Made by a program: the position numbers and the translations under genes. DNA of 64,000 nt from Candidatus Latescibacterota bacterium (GTDB lineage: Bacteria; Latescibacterota; UBA2968; UBA8231): assembly GCA_965206595.1 (NCBI GenBank), contig OZ242214.1, positions 4,832,001 to 4,896,000 on the forward strand, given 5' to 3'. Shown here piece after piece: positions 19,481 through 30,000 of the stretch (within the stretch, counting starts at the first letter, position 1; every line of letters begins with the position of its first letter). The notes beneath the pieces were generated by a model. The model was not told the origin of the DNA. It made no database searches and was given only the letters and a program-made list of their open reading frames with translations.

Positions 19481-21157
19481 CTAGGTCACCGCCAGAGGCG
19501 CCATCGCATCGATGTCCGAGACGGCATCGATGATGACGGGGCGCCTGGCGGCAAAGGCGCGCTCGAGGGCACCGGGCAGCTCCGCGGGTTTTTCCACCCG
19601 GATACCCACGGCGCCCATGTTTTCGGCGATTGCCGCGAAGGCGACGTCCGTGAACTGCCACAGGCGCAGCCCCTCCTCGGTCTGCTCGCCATCGTAAACC
19701 CGGTCGAAGCCGCGCTTCGACTGGTTGCCGGAGCTGTTGTTGTTCACCAGGATGACGGCGTCGATGCCCCAGCGCGCCGCGGTCTCGACCTCGGCGATGT
19801 GGTACCAGAAACCGGCGTCGCCGATAAAGCAGAACACCGGCCGTTCGGGAGCCCCGCACTTTGCCCCGAGCGCCGCCGGGAAGGCCCATCCCAGATGCCC
19901 GGCGCTGCGCATGTAGCTCTGGCCCGGAGTGCGCAGATCGAACATGCCGCCCATCCACATGCCGCCGTGCCCGGTGTCGGCGACGACGATGGCATCCCCC
20001 GGCAGGTGGTCGGTCAGCTCCTTGCAGATCCGTTCGGGCCGCATCGGGACGGCGTCCGATGCGAGCAGGCCGCCGTACCTGGCGCGCCACTCGCCGACGA
20101 TTGCCCCGGCGCGCTCGACCCAGGCGGTCCGTTGCGCCGCCGAGTGGGAGTCCGCCAGCGCCAGCATCCGGGTCAGGGCCGCCTTTGCATCGGCCTGAAC
20201 CGCGGCCTGCAGAGGGTAGTTGCGGCCGATGATCTGCGCTTCGATGTCGATGTGGATCGCCGGCACTCCGGGCGGCGGAACCTGCCAGAAGTGGGTGGTC
20301 ATGCCGCCTGCGGTGGTTCCGATGAAACAGACCAGATCCGCCTGGTTGACCACCTGGTTGGCGCATTCCCGCGAATAGGTGCCTACCACTCCGACGGACA
20401 GGGGGTGGAATCCGGGTATGACGTCCTTGCCGTTCAGAGAAGTGGCGACCGGGATGTTGAGGGATTCTGCCAGGGCAACCAGTTCGGCGGCTGCCCCCGA
20501 TGCGCGCACTCCGCCGCCGGCGACGATGACGGGCCGCTGCGCCGCTTCCAACAGCGCCAGCGCAGCTCGGGCCTCCTCATCGCCAGGCTCGGGCCGGAAC
20601 GGCGGCAGTTGCGCGAAATTCGGTTCGCACAGCGTCTCCATGTCTGCCTGCTCGGCGTCGATCTGGCCCTCGTTTCCCCGGAATTGCAGGTGCACCGGAC
20701 CGGGCGTGCCGGAGGTGGCGGCGCGAAACGCCTGGCGGATCATGTCGGGAAAGCGCTCCACGCCGTCGACGGTGGCGTTGAATTTGGTCACCGGCTCGAA
20801 AGCGGGGAGGTCGTCGACCTCCTGGTACACACCGCGAAACTTGGTGTGCGGATCGCGGCCGCCGGTCATGGCGATCACCGGAGAGTGGGCGAGGTGCGCG
20901 TCCCGCAGGCCGGCTGCGAGATTGAGGGCGCCGATCACCTGGGCCATGCAGACCCCCGGACGCCTGGTGGCGCGGGCGTAGCCATCGGCCATGTAGGCAG
21001 CCGACTTCTCCGAGTGGACGTGCAGACGCTTGATGCCGGTGCGGCGCTCCAGTTCGACCATGGTCCGCCGCAGCACCGCGGGCACCATGAACAGATGGCT
21101 GAGGCCGTACCCTTTCAGCATGTCGGCCATGACCTGGGCGCCGGTCATCGTGGGCAT
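19481..21157 (-). CDS. ThDP-binding enzyme (acetolactate synthase-like)
   Basis: HSEKSAAYMADGYAR, PGPVHL, GDAGF..NN; GGAG RBS before MPTMTGA. Confidence 0.92.
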   Translation of the reverse strand: MPTMTGAQVMADMLKGYGLSHLFMVPAVLRRTMVELERRTGIKRLHVHSEKSAAYMADGYARATRRPGVCMAQVIGALNLAAGLRDAHLAHSPVIAMTGGRDPHTKFRGVYQEVDDLPAFEPVTKFNATVDGVERFPDMIRQAFRAATSGTPGPVHLQFRGNEGQIDAEQADMETLCEPNFAQLPPFRPEPGDEEARAALALLEAAQRPVIVAGGGVRASGAAAELVALAESLNIPVATSLNGKDVIPGFHPLSVGVVGTYSRECANQVVNQADLVCFIGTTAGGMTTHFWQVPPPGVPAIHIDIEAQIIGRNYPLQAAVQADAKAALTRMLALADSHSAAQRTAWVERAGAIVGEWRARYGGLLASDAVPMRPERICKELTDHLPGDAIVVADTGHGGMWMGGMFDLRTPGQSYMRSAGHLGWAFPAALGAKCGAPERPVFCFIGDAGFWYHIAEVETAARWGIDAVILVNNNSSGNQSKRGFDRVYDGEQTEEGLRLWQFTDVAFAAIAENMGAVGIRVEKPAELPGALERAFAARRPVIIDAVSDIDAMAPLAVT

Positions 21158-21263
21158 TCGATTCTCTCCGCTGATGTGCCTTCCTGCTGAATTCGGGGCG
21201 GCTTGTCCGCAAGGCATCGAGGTCGCTGTTTTGGGGCCGCGACAACAGAGGAGGATAGACAGG

Positions 21264-22199
21264 ATGGGGCAATGGATACAGCGACAGCCGATGCCGACGC
21301 CGCGGCACGACCTGCAGGCGATCACCGTCGGCTCGAAGATCTACGCGGTCTCCGGCGCCGGGGACGATACCGTACACGCCGTCGAGATCTACGACCCGCA
21401 AAGCGACAGCTGGGAAAACGGCCCGCCGATTCCGACGGCGCGGGGGTGGTTCGGCGCCGGACTGGTGAACGGCGCCATCTACGCGATCGGCGGCAAGCGG
21501 GTGCGCCCCGACGAGGAGAAGCGGCGAACCGGGGACGAGCGCCACTTCGAGATCCGCGACAGCGTCGAGCGCCTAGATCTGGCCGCCGGCACCTGGTCCG
21601 CGGTCGAATCCCTGAGCGAGCCGCGGGCAGGCCTGGTCGCCACCGTCTGCAGCGGCAGGATCTACGCCGTCGGCGGCAACTCCATGAACAACGAGAGCGG
21701 CAGCGGCGGCGCCCATCTCGACCGCGTCGAGGTGTTCGATGCGGACACCGGCCACTGGTCGCCGGGGGTCCCCCTGCCGCTGGGTCTGCAGGGTCCCGCG
21801 GTCGCCACCGTCGGCGGCCGCATCTACGTCAGCGCCGGCATCGGCGGACCGGAAGGGGGCGTGAACAGGCGAACGTTCGCGCTCGATCCCGACGGCGGCC
21901 GATGGGAGGAACTGGCCCCGATTCCGACCGGCCGCTACGATCCGGGGGTGCTCGCCGTCGGCCGCAGGATCTACACCTTCGGGGGCTGGGGCGGAGACGA
22001 CGGGCCCTACCACGCCAGGGTCGAGATCTACGACGTCGACGCCGATTCCTGGTCTGTCGAAACCCCCATGCCGGACAGGAAGGCCTGGATGGCGTCCGCC
22101 CTGGTGGACGGACGCATCTTCGTGATAGGAGGGGGGTACAAGCTCGCCGACGCCCCGGGGTACCGCTGGATAGAGGACCTGCACGAACTGGTGCCGTAG
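21264..22199 (+). CDS. Kelch-repeat beta-propeller protein
   Basis: Six units of IY(A/T/V)xGG...VE(I/V)(Y/F)D...W...P; GAGGAGG upstream. Confidence 0.9.
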   Translation: MGQWIQRQPMPTPRHDLQAITVGSKIYAVSGAGDDTVHAVEIYDPQSDSWENGPPIPTARGWFGAGLVNGAIYAIGGKRVRPDEEKRRTGDERHFEIRDSVERLDLAAGTWSAVESLSEPRAGLVATVCSGRIYAVGGNSMNNESGSGGAHLDRVEVFDADTGHWSPGVPLPLGLQGPAVATVGGRIYVSAGIGGPEGGVNRRTFALDPDGGRWEELAPIPTGRYDPGVLAVGRRIYTFGGWGGDDGPYHARVEIYDVDADSWSVETPMPDRKAWMASALVDGRIFVIGGGYKLADAPGYRWIEDLHELVP

Positions 22200-22760
22200 G
22201 CAGGACGTCAGAGGGATTTGGGCACGGTCGCTGCCGGCTGCTGGCGTCCCGCCCATTGCCGCGGCGCTTACCCGGGTTGCCTCGGGACCGCTCCTCCTTT
22301 GGCGGGCGGGATTTCCGCCCCGAAGAATGACCAGTGAGCAAACCCTTGGAGGCGCTTGCCTCACCCGGCCGAAACTGCTCGTACGGAGCCTGCACCTCCA
22401 TCTTCGGTAGCGGCGGAACCAGCCCGCCCTGCTTTACGGGGTAGATTCCTGGAAGCGCCCTACCCCGGCTTTGCCCGGACTCCCCGCATTTCCGCGCACC
22501 TGGGCTCTCCCCCGGGTCCCCCGGCGGGATCAGGTTACGGAAGGGCCGGACGGTCGGGCTGCCGGTGCAAGCCGGTCACTCCCGGCAAGCCAAGTTTGCC
22601 TCGTCCCCGGGCTCCCAGTGTCCTGTCCCGGAAATGGATTGCAAAAATTCGGCCCACCGAGGCACCCGGCTCGCAAGCCCTGAGCGAGTCGTACCGGGGA
22701 ACCAGCATGGTGCTGTCAAGAAGCTGAATCCGGCGGCGCTCCCCATTTCTCCGGCAGGAC

Positions 22761-23375
22761 TCAAGAGGACGGATCCCCGGGGTGGAACCACTGCTCCCAG
22801 GTCGGGGCCAGGTACCCGGGTACGCCGTGCAGCTCGACGTCGGGGTCAATCTGCACGGTACGCCGGTTGCCGGCGCCCTGACCGAGAAGCCGGGTGGAGC
22901 TGCCGGCCGACAGCTTCAGGAACCAGACCTTTCCTCCGAGGCCGTCCGGAACAGGCACCGTCACCTCCCGCGGGGCGCCCCCCTGTGCGTACAGCACCTG
23001 GACGATCCGGTCCGGGGCGTTGATCTCGACCTGGAGCGCGTGGTTGGGGTCGGCGAGCTCGACGCGCACAAGGAACTCCTCCGTCCCCTCGGGAACGCCG
23101 AAGAACCAGTGCCGTCCCAGGGCGAGCATCAGCGAGAACCGGGCTCCGCCGTCGGCAGTGGGTGCGCCGGCCAGCACCGTCGGCATGCTCGGCTCGCTCC
23201 ACCCGTACCGGCGCGGCGAGTCGACCTCGACCTCGTAGACGCCGGCGCCGGCCGCAGGCACCCTGATCGAAGCCGGCTCCGGCGGCGACCGGTGGGTGAA
23301 CGACCCCTCCGCTTCCCCGAGCTCTTCATCTTGCGGCCCCCTCGCCCGGAACGCAAGCGATTTCCCGGGTCGGCA
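22761..23375 (-). pseudogene. 5'-truncated hypothetical protein (beta-sandwich-like C-terminal part)
   Basis: Protein-like frame (WFFGVPEGTEEF, GKVWFL, GVPGYLAPTWEQWFHP) with no good start or RBS, directly after the MBL stop. Confidence 0.55.
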
Positions 23376-23380
23376 AGGGG

Positions 23381-24250
23381 TTACTCCTCTATCCATTTGG
23401 GCACGTCCCACGAGTTGAACCATTCCCATGCCCACTTCACCTTCTTCAAAGGCATCTCGACCTCGTACTGCACCGGTGCGGTGAACGGCAGCATGGTGGA
23501 CCTGCCGCCGATCTGTTCGCGGAGATCTTCGAGGAAGGCGTTGACGTCGGTGAGGTTGGGCGGCCAGTGGCCCACGGGGATCGGCTCGGTCTCGCGGTCC
23601 GTGCGGTAGTGGGTGGGCACCACGAAGCGGGGCTGCACCGCTTCGACCAGGGGTCCGATCGGGGTCTTCATGTGCACGAGATAGTCGACCCGTCCCCGCA
23701 TCCGCTCGAGGGCGGGATAGTCCCCGTGCAGGTCGCCGGTGTGGAACACGGAGACGTCCCGCTCCGCGTGCACCACGTGGTAAGCGCAGGTGGGCAGGTC
23801 GGGCCGCGCGTTCTCGCCGCTTTCGTACACCTCTACCTGCAGCGGGCCGAGATCGAACTCGAACGGTCCGGGGAATTCGCGGCGGCCGTTCTTCTTCTCG
23901 TCCTGGTATTTCGGGTAGGCCACTTGCACCTTGTCGGCGGGAATGTGCTTGGTGATCGGCAGGTCGCGATCGAAGGCGGCGTATCCGTACTTCGCGTGCA
24001 CCGGCACGTTCGGCGTCAGGCAGCCGATCGGCACGAACAGCTTCTTGAAGCGGTCCCCCCGGCACAGCTTCTTCAGCGTCTTCGGATGGGCGTGGTCGAA
24101 GTGCTCGTGACTGATGAAGATGTAGTCGAAGATCGGCTCGGCCGCTTCGAGGTCGTCGCCGAACAGGTAGGGATCGAAGCAGATGTTGACATCCCCCATC
24201 AGCACATCGAAGTGGCCGCACCCGGCCCATCGCAGATAGATGTTGTCCAT
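23381..24250 (-). CDS. MBL-fold metallo-hydrolase (UlaG-like)
   Basis: FDPY, ISHEHFDH, FHTGD, VPTHY; GAGGAG RBS. Confidence 0.88.
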   Translation of the reverse strand: MDNIYLRWAGCGHFDVLMGDVNICFDPYLFGDDLEAAEPIFDYIFISHEHFDHAHPKTLKKLCRGDRFKKLFVPIGCLTPNVPVHAKYGYAAFDRDLPITKHIPADKVQVAYPKYQDEKKNGRREFPGPFEFDLGPLQVEVYESGENARPDLPTCAYHVVHAERDVSVFHTGDLHGDYPALERMRGRVDYLVHMKTPIGPLVEAVQPRFVVPTHYRTDRETEPIPVGHWPPNLTDVNAFLEDLREQIGGRSTMLPFTAPVQYEVEMPLKKVKWAWEWFNSWDVPKWIEE

Positions 24251-24380
24251 CGGTTCTCCTCGTCTGGTAACCGGTTGCCGCGGAACGAAAGGTCGCCGCG
24301 GTCCGCGCAGACCCGCACGGGAAGCGGGAAGATGTAAGGGGCCGCGCGCGCGTCAAGCATGCGGCCGGCGTTTCCTGTGG

Positions 24381-24735
24381 TCAGCGGACGCCGCCGCTCC
24401 GGCCGGCTTCCAGGCGGGCGGAGGCCTCCCGGAAGGAGCGGGCGCGGCCCGGAAAGCGCTCGACCGCATCTTCCAGAACCTCGCGGGCGCGATCAGGCTG
24501 CCCTGCCATCATCAGGGCCCGCAGCAAGCCGCCGTAAGGGTGATGGGCGTCCGGCGCCGCCTGCACCGCCCTGCGGTAGGCCCCGGCCAGGTCCATCCAG
24601 GGTTCGAGCCGCCCGGGAGCGCCGCGAGCCACGCGGAAGATCGGCAGCCCCCCGCGCGGGTCCCCGCCGCGGACCTCAGCGTGCCGAGGTTGAGCCAGGC
24701 CTGCCAGTGGGTGGAGTCGAGCTGGACCGCCCGCG
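24381..24735 (-). pseudogene. TPR-protein remnant (frameshifted)
   Basis: AVQLDSTHWQAWLNLG, then in another frame AYRRAVQAAPD..YGGL..GQPDRAREVLEDAVERFP. Confidence 0.55.
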
Positions 24736-24773
24736 GGTCAGGGCTTGGCGGGCTTCCCGGAGACGCCCCTGCC

Positions 24774-25217
24774 GTCTCGGGTATCGATTTCGATCACGTC
24801 AAAGGTTCGGCCGGGGACTATTTTCTGATCGAGACGATGGCTGCCGGCGGCGGCGGCGCCGACTTCGACGGCGACGGCCACCTCGACCTCTACCTGGTGA
24901 ACGGATTCGATCTCGGCGCAATCCACTCCCGACTGACCAGTCGAGAGCAGGGTGGGGGACACCTGGTGGACGCGCGGGCAATGGAAGCGCGCGGGTCAGC
25001 CCCGGCCGACCCCGACAGCTACGCCGTGCAGCTGGCCCCGGCTGCCGGGGTCCAGGGGCTGGAGGAGGAGGCGCCCCGTATCCGCGGCATCCTCAACATG
25101 ATCCGCAGGAAGGAACTCTTCAACGGGTACATCGAAGAGCTGCGGGTACAGTACGCCGGTGAGGTCCGAATCGACGAGGCGGCCCTGTCCCGCATACGCC
25201 TTCCGGAAGAAGGCTGA
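24774..25217 (+). pseudogene. Chimeric remnant: FG-GAP/CRTAC1-like N-terminus fused to a PPIase/SurA-like C-terminus
   Basis: GIDFDH..LIETMAAGGGGADFDGDGHLDLYLVNG, followed in frame by EEAPRIRGIL..YIEELRVQYAGEVRIDEAAL. Confidence 0.55.
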
Positions 25218-25461
25218 ACACCCTTGCCCATCGATCCCGGTATCGAGCTGAACGGCTGTTGCCGGTTCCCGGCGGCGACCCGGAGCAGTGGGTCCGGGCT
25301 GACCAATAGCCCTGTCCCCAAATTCTCTTGCCATACTTCCGCCGATCCATTCGAGGGAAAAATCGCGGCTCAATGAAATCTTCCTCCGCGCGGTTTTTTC
25401 CCTCAATCCCGCCTCGCGGCCGAATCCCTGCAATCCATCTCCTGGACAGGACGCCAGCGCC

Positions 25462-27396
25462 GTGATCCTCCGATTCCGGGCGTTCCTGATCGGGGCGGCA
25501 TTGTGCGCCACCATCGGCACCAGCGCGATTTACGCCAACACCATAATCCGCGGCAGTTTCGTCGCCTGGTGCTTCAGCAACCCGATCGCCCTCTTCTTCT
25601 TCTTCTATCTCGTCCTGGGCAACGTCCTCGTCGGCCTCGCGGCGCGCCGCTTCGCCCTGCGCCGCGAGGAGCTCGTCCTCATCTTCGCGATGATGTTCGT
25701 GTCGGCCTCGCTGCCGACCTTCGGCCTCGTCGAGCACCTGCTGCCGATGATCACCGGCGTCTTCTACTACGCGACCCCGGAGAACGGCTGGGTCGACCTC
25801 ATCCAGCCGATGGTCCCCGGGTGGATCGCACCCAGCGAGGAGGGGGTGATCCGCGGGTTCTACGAGGGGCTTCCGCAGGGGGAGGGGATCCCCTGGGGCG
25901 GATGGATGGTATCGCTGTCGGCCTGGCTCCTGTTCCTGCTGTCCCTGCACCTGGTCTCCATCTGCCTGATGGTGCTGCTGCGCAAGCAGTGGATCCAGGG
26001 GGAGCGCCTGCTCTACCCGATGATGCAGGCACCCATCGAGCTGGTCGCCTCGGAGCCGGACAGCGGCTCCCTGGCGGCGGTCCCGCCCCTGCTGCGACGG
26101 TCGCTGTTCTGGATCGGCTTCGCCCTGCCGGTATTCATCGGGTCGATCAACGGCCTCAGTCACTACTCCCCCTATTTCAGGGGCCTCGGCCTGAGCACGG
26201 GGTTCTCCGTTCTCGGCGTCAGCGTGCCGGTGCAGGTCTCCTTCTCGCTGCTGGGGTTCTCCTACTTCATCAGCCAGCCGCTCGGACTCGGCATCTGGGT
26301 CTTCTATCTCCTGACGATCATCGAGCGCGGGGCCTTCCACACTCTCGGCATCGCCAGCACCGAGAAGCTCGGGTGGTTCTCCAACCCCGAGGCCCCCTAC
26401 CTGACCCACCAGGCCCTCGGGGCGATGCTGATGTTCGCGCTGTTCACCCTGTGGAAGGCGCGCACCCACCTGCGCCAGGTGGTGCGCAAGGCGTTCACCG
26501 GGGACCCCGGTATCGACGACAGCGAGGAGATCATCTCCTACCGCGGCGCCCTCTTCGGCCTCATCGGCGGCCTCGCGGTGATGACGGTGTGGCTCAACGC
26601 CGCCGGCATCCCCCTGTGGGTCGTTCCCCTCTTTCTCGCCGTCGCCTTTCTCATCTTCATCGCCCTCAGCCGCATCGTCGTCGAGGCCGGTGTGGCCCTG
26701 GTGCGCGCGCCCCTCATCGCCCCGGACTTCATCATGGCCAGCATGGGGGTGTCGCGGCTGGGAGGATCCGGCCTGACCGGGCTGGCCTACTGCTATCCCT
26801 GGACCGCCGACATCGTCACCTTCCCGATGGCTTCGTGCGCCAACAACCTCAAGCTGATCGAGGAGACGGTGGCGGGGCCGCATCGCAGGCCGTTCTTCTG
26901 GGCGATGATGCTGGGGATACTGGTGACCCTGGTCTCCTCGTTCTGGATCGTCATCCACCTGTCGTACTCGTACGGCGGCATCAACCTGCACGACTGGTGG
27001 TGGCGCTACTCCTCGGAGTTCCCTCTCACCTATCTCGCGCAGATGCTGAACAGTCCGGCGACCACCGACTTCTGGGGCTGGATGTTCACCCTCTTCGGCG
27101 CCGGCATGATGTGGCTGATGATGATCTGCCAGCTGCGCTTCGTCTCCTGGCCCCTGCATCCCCTCGGGCTCGCCATGGGAGGCACGGTGTTCACGTCCGG
27201 CGTCATGTGGTTCAACGTGTTTCTCGCCTGGCTGATCAAGGGCTGGGTGCTGAGGTACGGCGGCAGCGCCGCCTACAGGAGCCTGCGCTCGTTCTTCATC
27301 GGCATGATCCTGGGGGCTTTCGTCGTCTCGGGAACCTGGCTCGTCATCGACCACTTCACCGGCATGACCAACAACTCCGTCCTCGGCTGGCAGTGA
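25462..27396 (+). CDS. DUF6785/DUF6784-type polytopic membrane protein (putative transporter)
   Basis: Paralogue of 13830-15845: RKQWIQGERLLYP, SWPLHPLG, FFIGMILG. Confidence 0.85.
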   Translation: MILRFRAFLIGAALCATIGTSAIYANTIIRGSFVAWCFSNPIALFFFFYLVLGNVLVGLAARRFALRREELVLIFAMMFVSASLPTFGLVEHLLPMITGVFYYATPENGWVDLIQPMVPGWIAPSEEGVIRGFYEGLPQGEGIPWGGWMVSLSAWLLFLLSLHLVSICLMVLLRKQWIQGERLLYPMMQAPIELVASEPDSGSLAAVPPLLRRSLFWIGFALPVFIGSINGLSHYSPYFRGLGLSTGFSVLGVSVPVQVSFSLLGFSYFISQPLGLGIWVFYLLTIIERGAFHTLGIASTEKLGWFSNPEAPYLTHQALGAMLMFALFTLWKARTHLRQVVRKAFTGDPGIDDSEEIISYRGALFGLIGGLAVMTVWLNAAGIPLWVVPLFLAVAFLIFIALSRIVVEAGVALVRAPLIAPDFIMASMGVSRLGGSGLTGLAYCYPWTADIVTFPMASCANNLKLIEETVAGPHRRPFFWAMMLGILVTLVSSFWIVIHLSYSYGGINLHDWWWRYSSEFPLTYLAQMLNSPATTDFWGWMFTLFGAGMMWLMMICQLRFVSWPLHPLGLAMGGTVFTSGVMWFNVFLAWLIKGWVLRYGGSAAYRSLRSFFIGMILGAFVVSGTWLVIDHFTGMTNNSVLGWQ

Positions 27397-27429
27397 CCGG
27401 CGCCTGAGAAGTGCGGTGACGGCACCGGG

Positions 27430-27753
27430 TCAGTACAGTTCCTCGCGCCGCAGGGCGAAGCCGCGTGCCAGGGCGGCGATGAGAAGATTCCCCAGCACGA
27501 GGTAGAAGAACAGGAAGAGCGCCACCGGGTTGCTGAAGCACCAGGCCATGAACGTGCCCTGAACGATGGCGTTTCCGTATATCGTTCCGACCCCGATGAA
27601 CAGACAAAGGGCGGCTCCCAGCAGGAAGACCCGCGCGGAGACCGGTTCGGAGGACGCCGTATCCGGCCCCTTCCGCTCCTGGAAATCCAGGACAGAGGGA
27701 ATGCGCCTGGAAAACGGAAGCGGGCTGTCCGATTGCGGTTTCAAGGTGGACAT
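27430..27753 (-). pseudogene. N-terminal fragment of a third DUF6785-type protein, inverted
   Basis: AWCFSNPVALFLFFYLVLGN..FALRREEL matches the N-terminus of the 25462 protein; stops after about 107 aa. Confidence 0.75.
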
Positions 27754-28002
27754 GGATGGTGGGGGACGGCCTGATCGCGTGCGTGGATTCCGGTGAAGCG
27801 TCTCGCCCCGCGCATGGATATAAGCCCTGGCAGTGGCATTTGCGAGGATTGTACGCATGTTTCCCCGGCGCCGCCCGAAGCGGATGCAGCGAAGTCACCT
27901 GTCCGGGGGGAGCCGTCCAGCGGCTCTTCGACGCGGACGCCAGGGCAAGGCGGGTGGTCCGGGAGCTGGCCGCCTGCCCCCCGGGAAGCCAGGGGAGCGA
28001 TA

Positions 28003-28815
28003 ATGACCGATTCAGCCATGGAAGCGCACTTTGGCGAGCTCGACGAGCAGGGCTTCACCATCCTCGAGGGGATGCTCGACCAGCGCCGGATCGACGCGGC
28101 CGTCGCGGCGCTGCGCGCGAGCTATGAGGAAGAGCGCTCGGAGGAACACGAGCCGGGCGCCAGGCGCACCCACAACCTGACCGCGCGCGCCGAGGTGTTC
28201 CGGGAGATCATCCAGCTGCCGCGGCTTGTCGCCTGCATGGAGTACCTGCTGGGCCCCGACTACATCCTCTCCGACATGGGGGCGCGCTCGCCGCTGCCGG
28301 GAATGGAAGCCCAGGGCCTGCACCGGGACGGCGGCCCCTTCGTTCCCAACCCTCCCTTCAACGTCCACGCCGCGTTTCCCACCACGGCGCAGTCGTTGAT
28401 CGCGCTGTCGGAGTTCACCCCTGAAAACGGCGCTACGCGGTTCGTGCCCGGCTCCCACAACAGGGATATCGACCCGAAGTCGGTGCCCCCCGAAGAGGAG
28501 CGGATGTTCATCTGCCGGCCGGGAACGATACTGGTCTTCGACGCCCGCCTGCTTCACGGCGGCGGCGCCAACAGGACGGGGGAGGTCCGCTACGCCATCC
28601 AGGGTTTCTGCTGCCGCAGCACGGTGAAGCCCTTCTGCGACCACACGCGCTCGACGCCGCCCGAGATCGCCGCCGCGGCGACGCCGCTGCTGCGCCGGCT
28701 GCTCGGGTTCGAGTGCCAGTCCGCCTGGGAGGAATCGCCGCGCGACTTCAAAATCGTCGAGGCCCCGGGGGCCAGGCCGAGGTTCGAGTACCGGGGCGCC
28801 GCGGCGCCGCGGTAG
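28003..28815 (+). CDS. PhyH-family dioxygenase
   Basis: QGLHRD, EFTPENGATRFVPGSH, LLHGGGAN; GGGGAG RBS. Confidence 0.9.
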   Translation: MTDSAMEAHFGELDEQGFTILEGMLDQRRIDAAVAALRASYEEERSEEHEPGARRTHNLTARAEVFREIIQLPRLVACMEYLLGPDYILSDMGARSPLPGMEAQGLHRDGGPFVPNPPFNVHAAFPTTAQSLIALSEFTPENGATRFVPGSHNRDIDPKSVPPEEERMFICRPGTILVFDARLLHGGGANRTGEVRYAIQGFCCRSTVKPFCDHTRSTPPEIAAAATPLLRRLLGFECQSAWEESPRDFKIVEAPGARPRFEYRGAAAPR

Positions 28816-29033
28816 TGCCTGCGTGCGAGTAAGCGTACGAACGAGGGCGAGGATCAACTGGTCCTTTCGCTGATGCCCCCGGCTCACAGGCGCCCGAGCG
28901 AGTCGAGTTCGACGGATCCTGCATGATGGTCCGTGTCGCCCCGGGCCGCACTCATGCCCAGAGTTTCGGCGCACCGATTGCCGGAAACCCGTTATTTTCC
29001 GTATCCGTCTTCAGCACCGAACGAGGAGGAAAG

Positions 29034-29996
29034 ATGCAACTGAGCACCGGGCAACTCGCCCATTTCGACGAGCACGGGTACCTGATCGCCGAGGACGTCC
29101 TCGAGGACGGCGATCTCGACCCGGTGATCCGCGATTACGCCGATCACATCGATCGCCGCTCCCGCGAGCTGCACGCCGCCGGCAAGCTTTCGAGGACCTT
29201 CGAGGAAGAGCCGTTCGTACGCCGCCTGGCGCGCATCTGCGAGGAGAACACCGAGATCTACGACGACATCGACATCCCGGCTTTCCGCGGCCGCGGGGTA
29301 TTCGAGTTCCTCGGCAACGAGCGCCTGATGGACGTCGTCGAACCGATAGTCGGACCGGAGATCATCTGCAGTCCCATCCAGCATACCCGCGCCAAGCTGC
29401 CGCAGTCCTTCGTGCCGGACACGGACGACGGCGATGCCGAGGCGGAGAAGCGCAAGCAGATGGTGAGCGGAAACGTCGCCCCTTGGCATCAGGACGCCCA
29501 GGTGCACCAGGAAATCGCCGACTCGACCTTCATCCTCACCGTCTGGATCCCCCTGGTGGACGCCACCCCGGAAAACGGCTGTTTGCAGATCGTCCCGGGG
29601 GTCCACAGGGAAAAGACGGTGCTGTGGTGGAAGGGTCCCGGTTGGGGGATCGACGACCAGGACCTCGAGAGCCGCGAAGCCGTCACCCTGCCGATGCGCA
29701 GGGGCAGCGTTCTTCTCCTGCACAAACTGATCCCCCACCGCTCGACGCCGAACCTCACCGACGGCATCCGCTGGAGCATGGACCTGCGCTATCAGAAAAC
29801 CGGCACCCCGACCGGGCGCGAGCTCTACCCCCACTTCGTCACCCGCAGCCGCTCGCGGCCCGATTCGAAGTACACCGACTACGAAGACTGGTGCAGACGC
29901 TGGGTCGAAATCCTCGAGGAGGTGCCGCTCGGCTCCCACCCGATCCGGGAAACGCCGCTGACGGAACATGCCTCCGTGCCGATAGAAACCCGATGA
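29034..29996 (+). CDS. PhyH-family dioxygenase
   Basis: PWHQD, VWIPLVDATPENGCL, IPHRS..N..RWSMDLRY; GAGGAGG RBS. Confidence 0.9.
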   Translation: MQLSTGQLAHFDEHGYLIAEDVLEDGDLDPVIRDYADHIDRRSRELHAAGKLSRTFEEEPFVRRLARICEENTEIYDDIDIPAFRGRGVFEFLGNERLMDVVEPIVGPEIICSPIQHTRAKLPQSFVPDTDDGDAEAEKRKQMVSGNVAPWHQDAQVHQEIADSTFILTVWIPLVDATPENGCLQIVPGVHREKTVLWWKGPGWGIDDQDLESREAVTLPMRRGSVLLLHKLIPHRSTPNLTDGIRWSMDLRYQKTGTPTGRELYPHFVTRSRSRPDSKYTDYEDWCRRWVEILEEVPLGSHPIRETPLTEHASVPIETR

Positions 29997-30000
29997 AGAG

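Noticed and set aside
22400-22560. RNase P, tmRNA, SRP, c-di-GMP or c-di-AMP riboswitch assignment
   Set aside because: Only short partial word matches; the universal motifs are missing, so it is left as an unassigned candidate.
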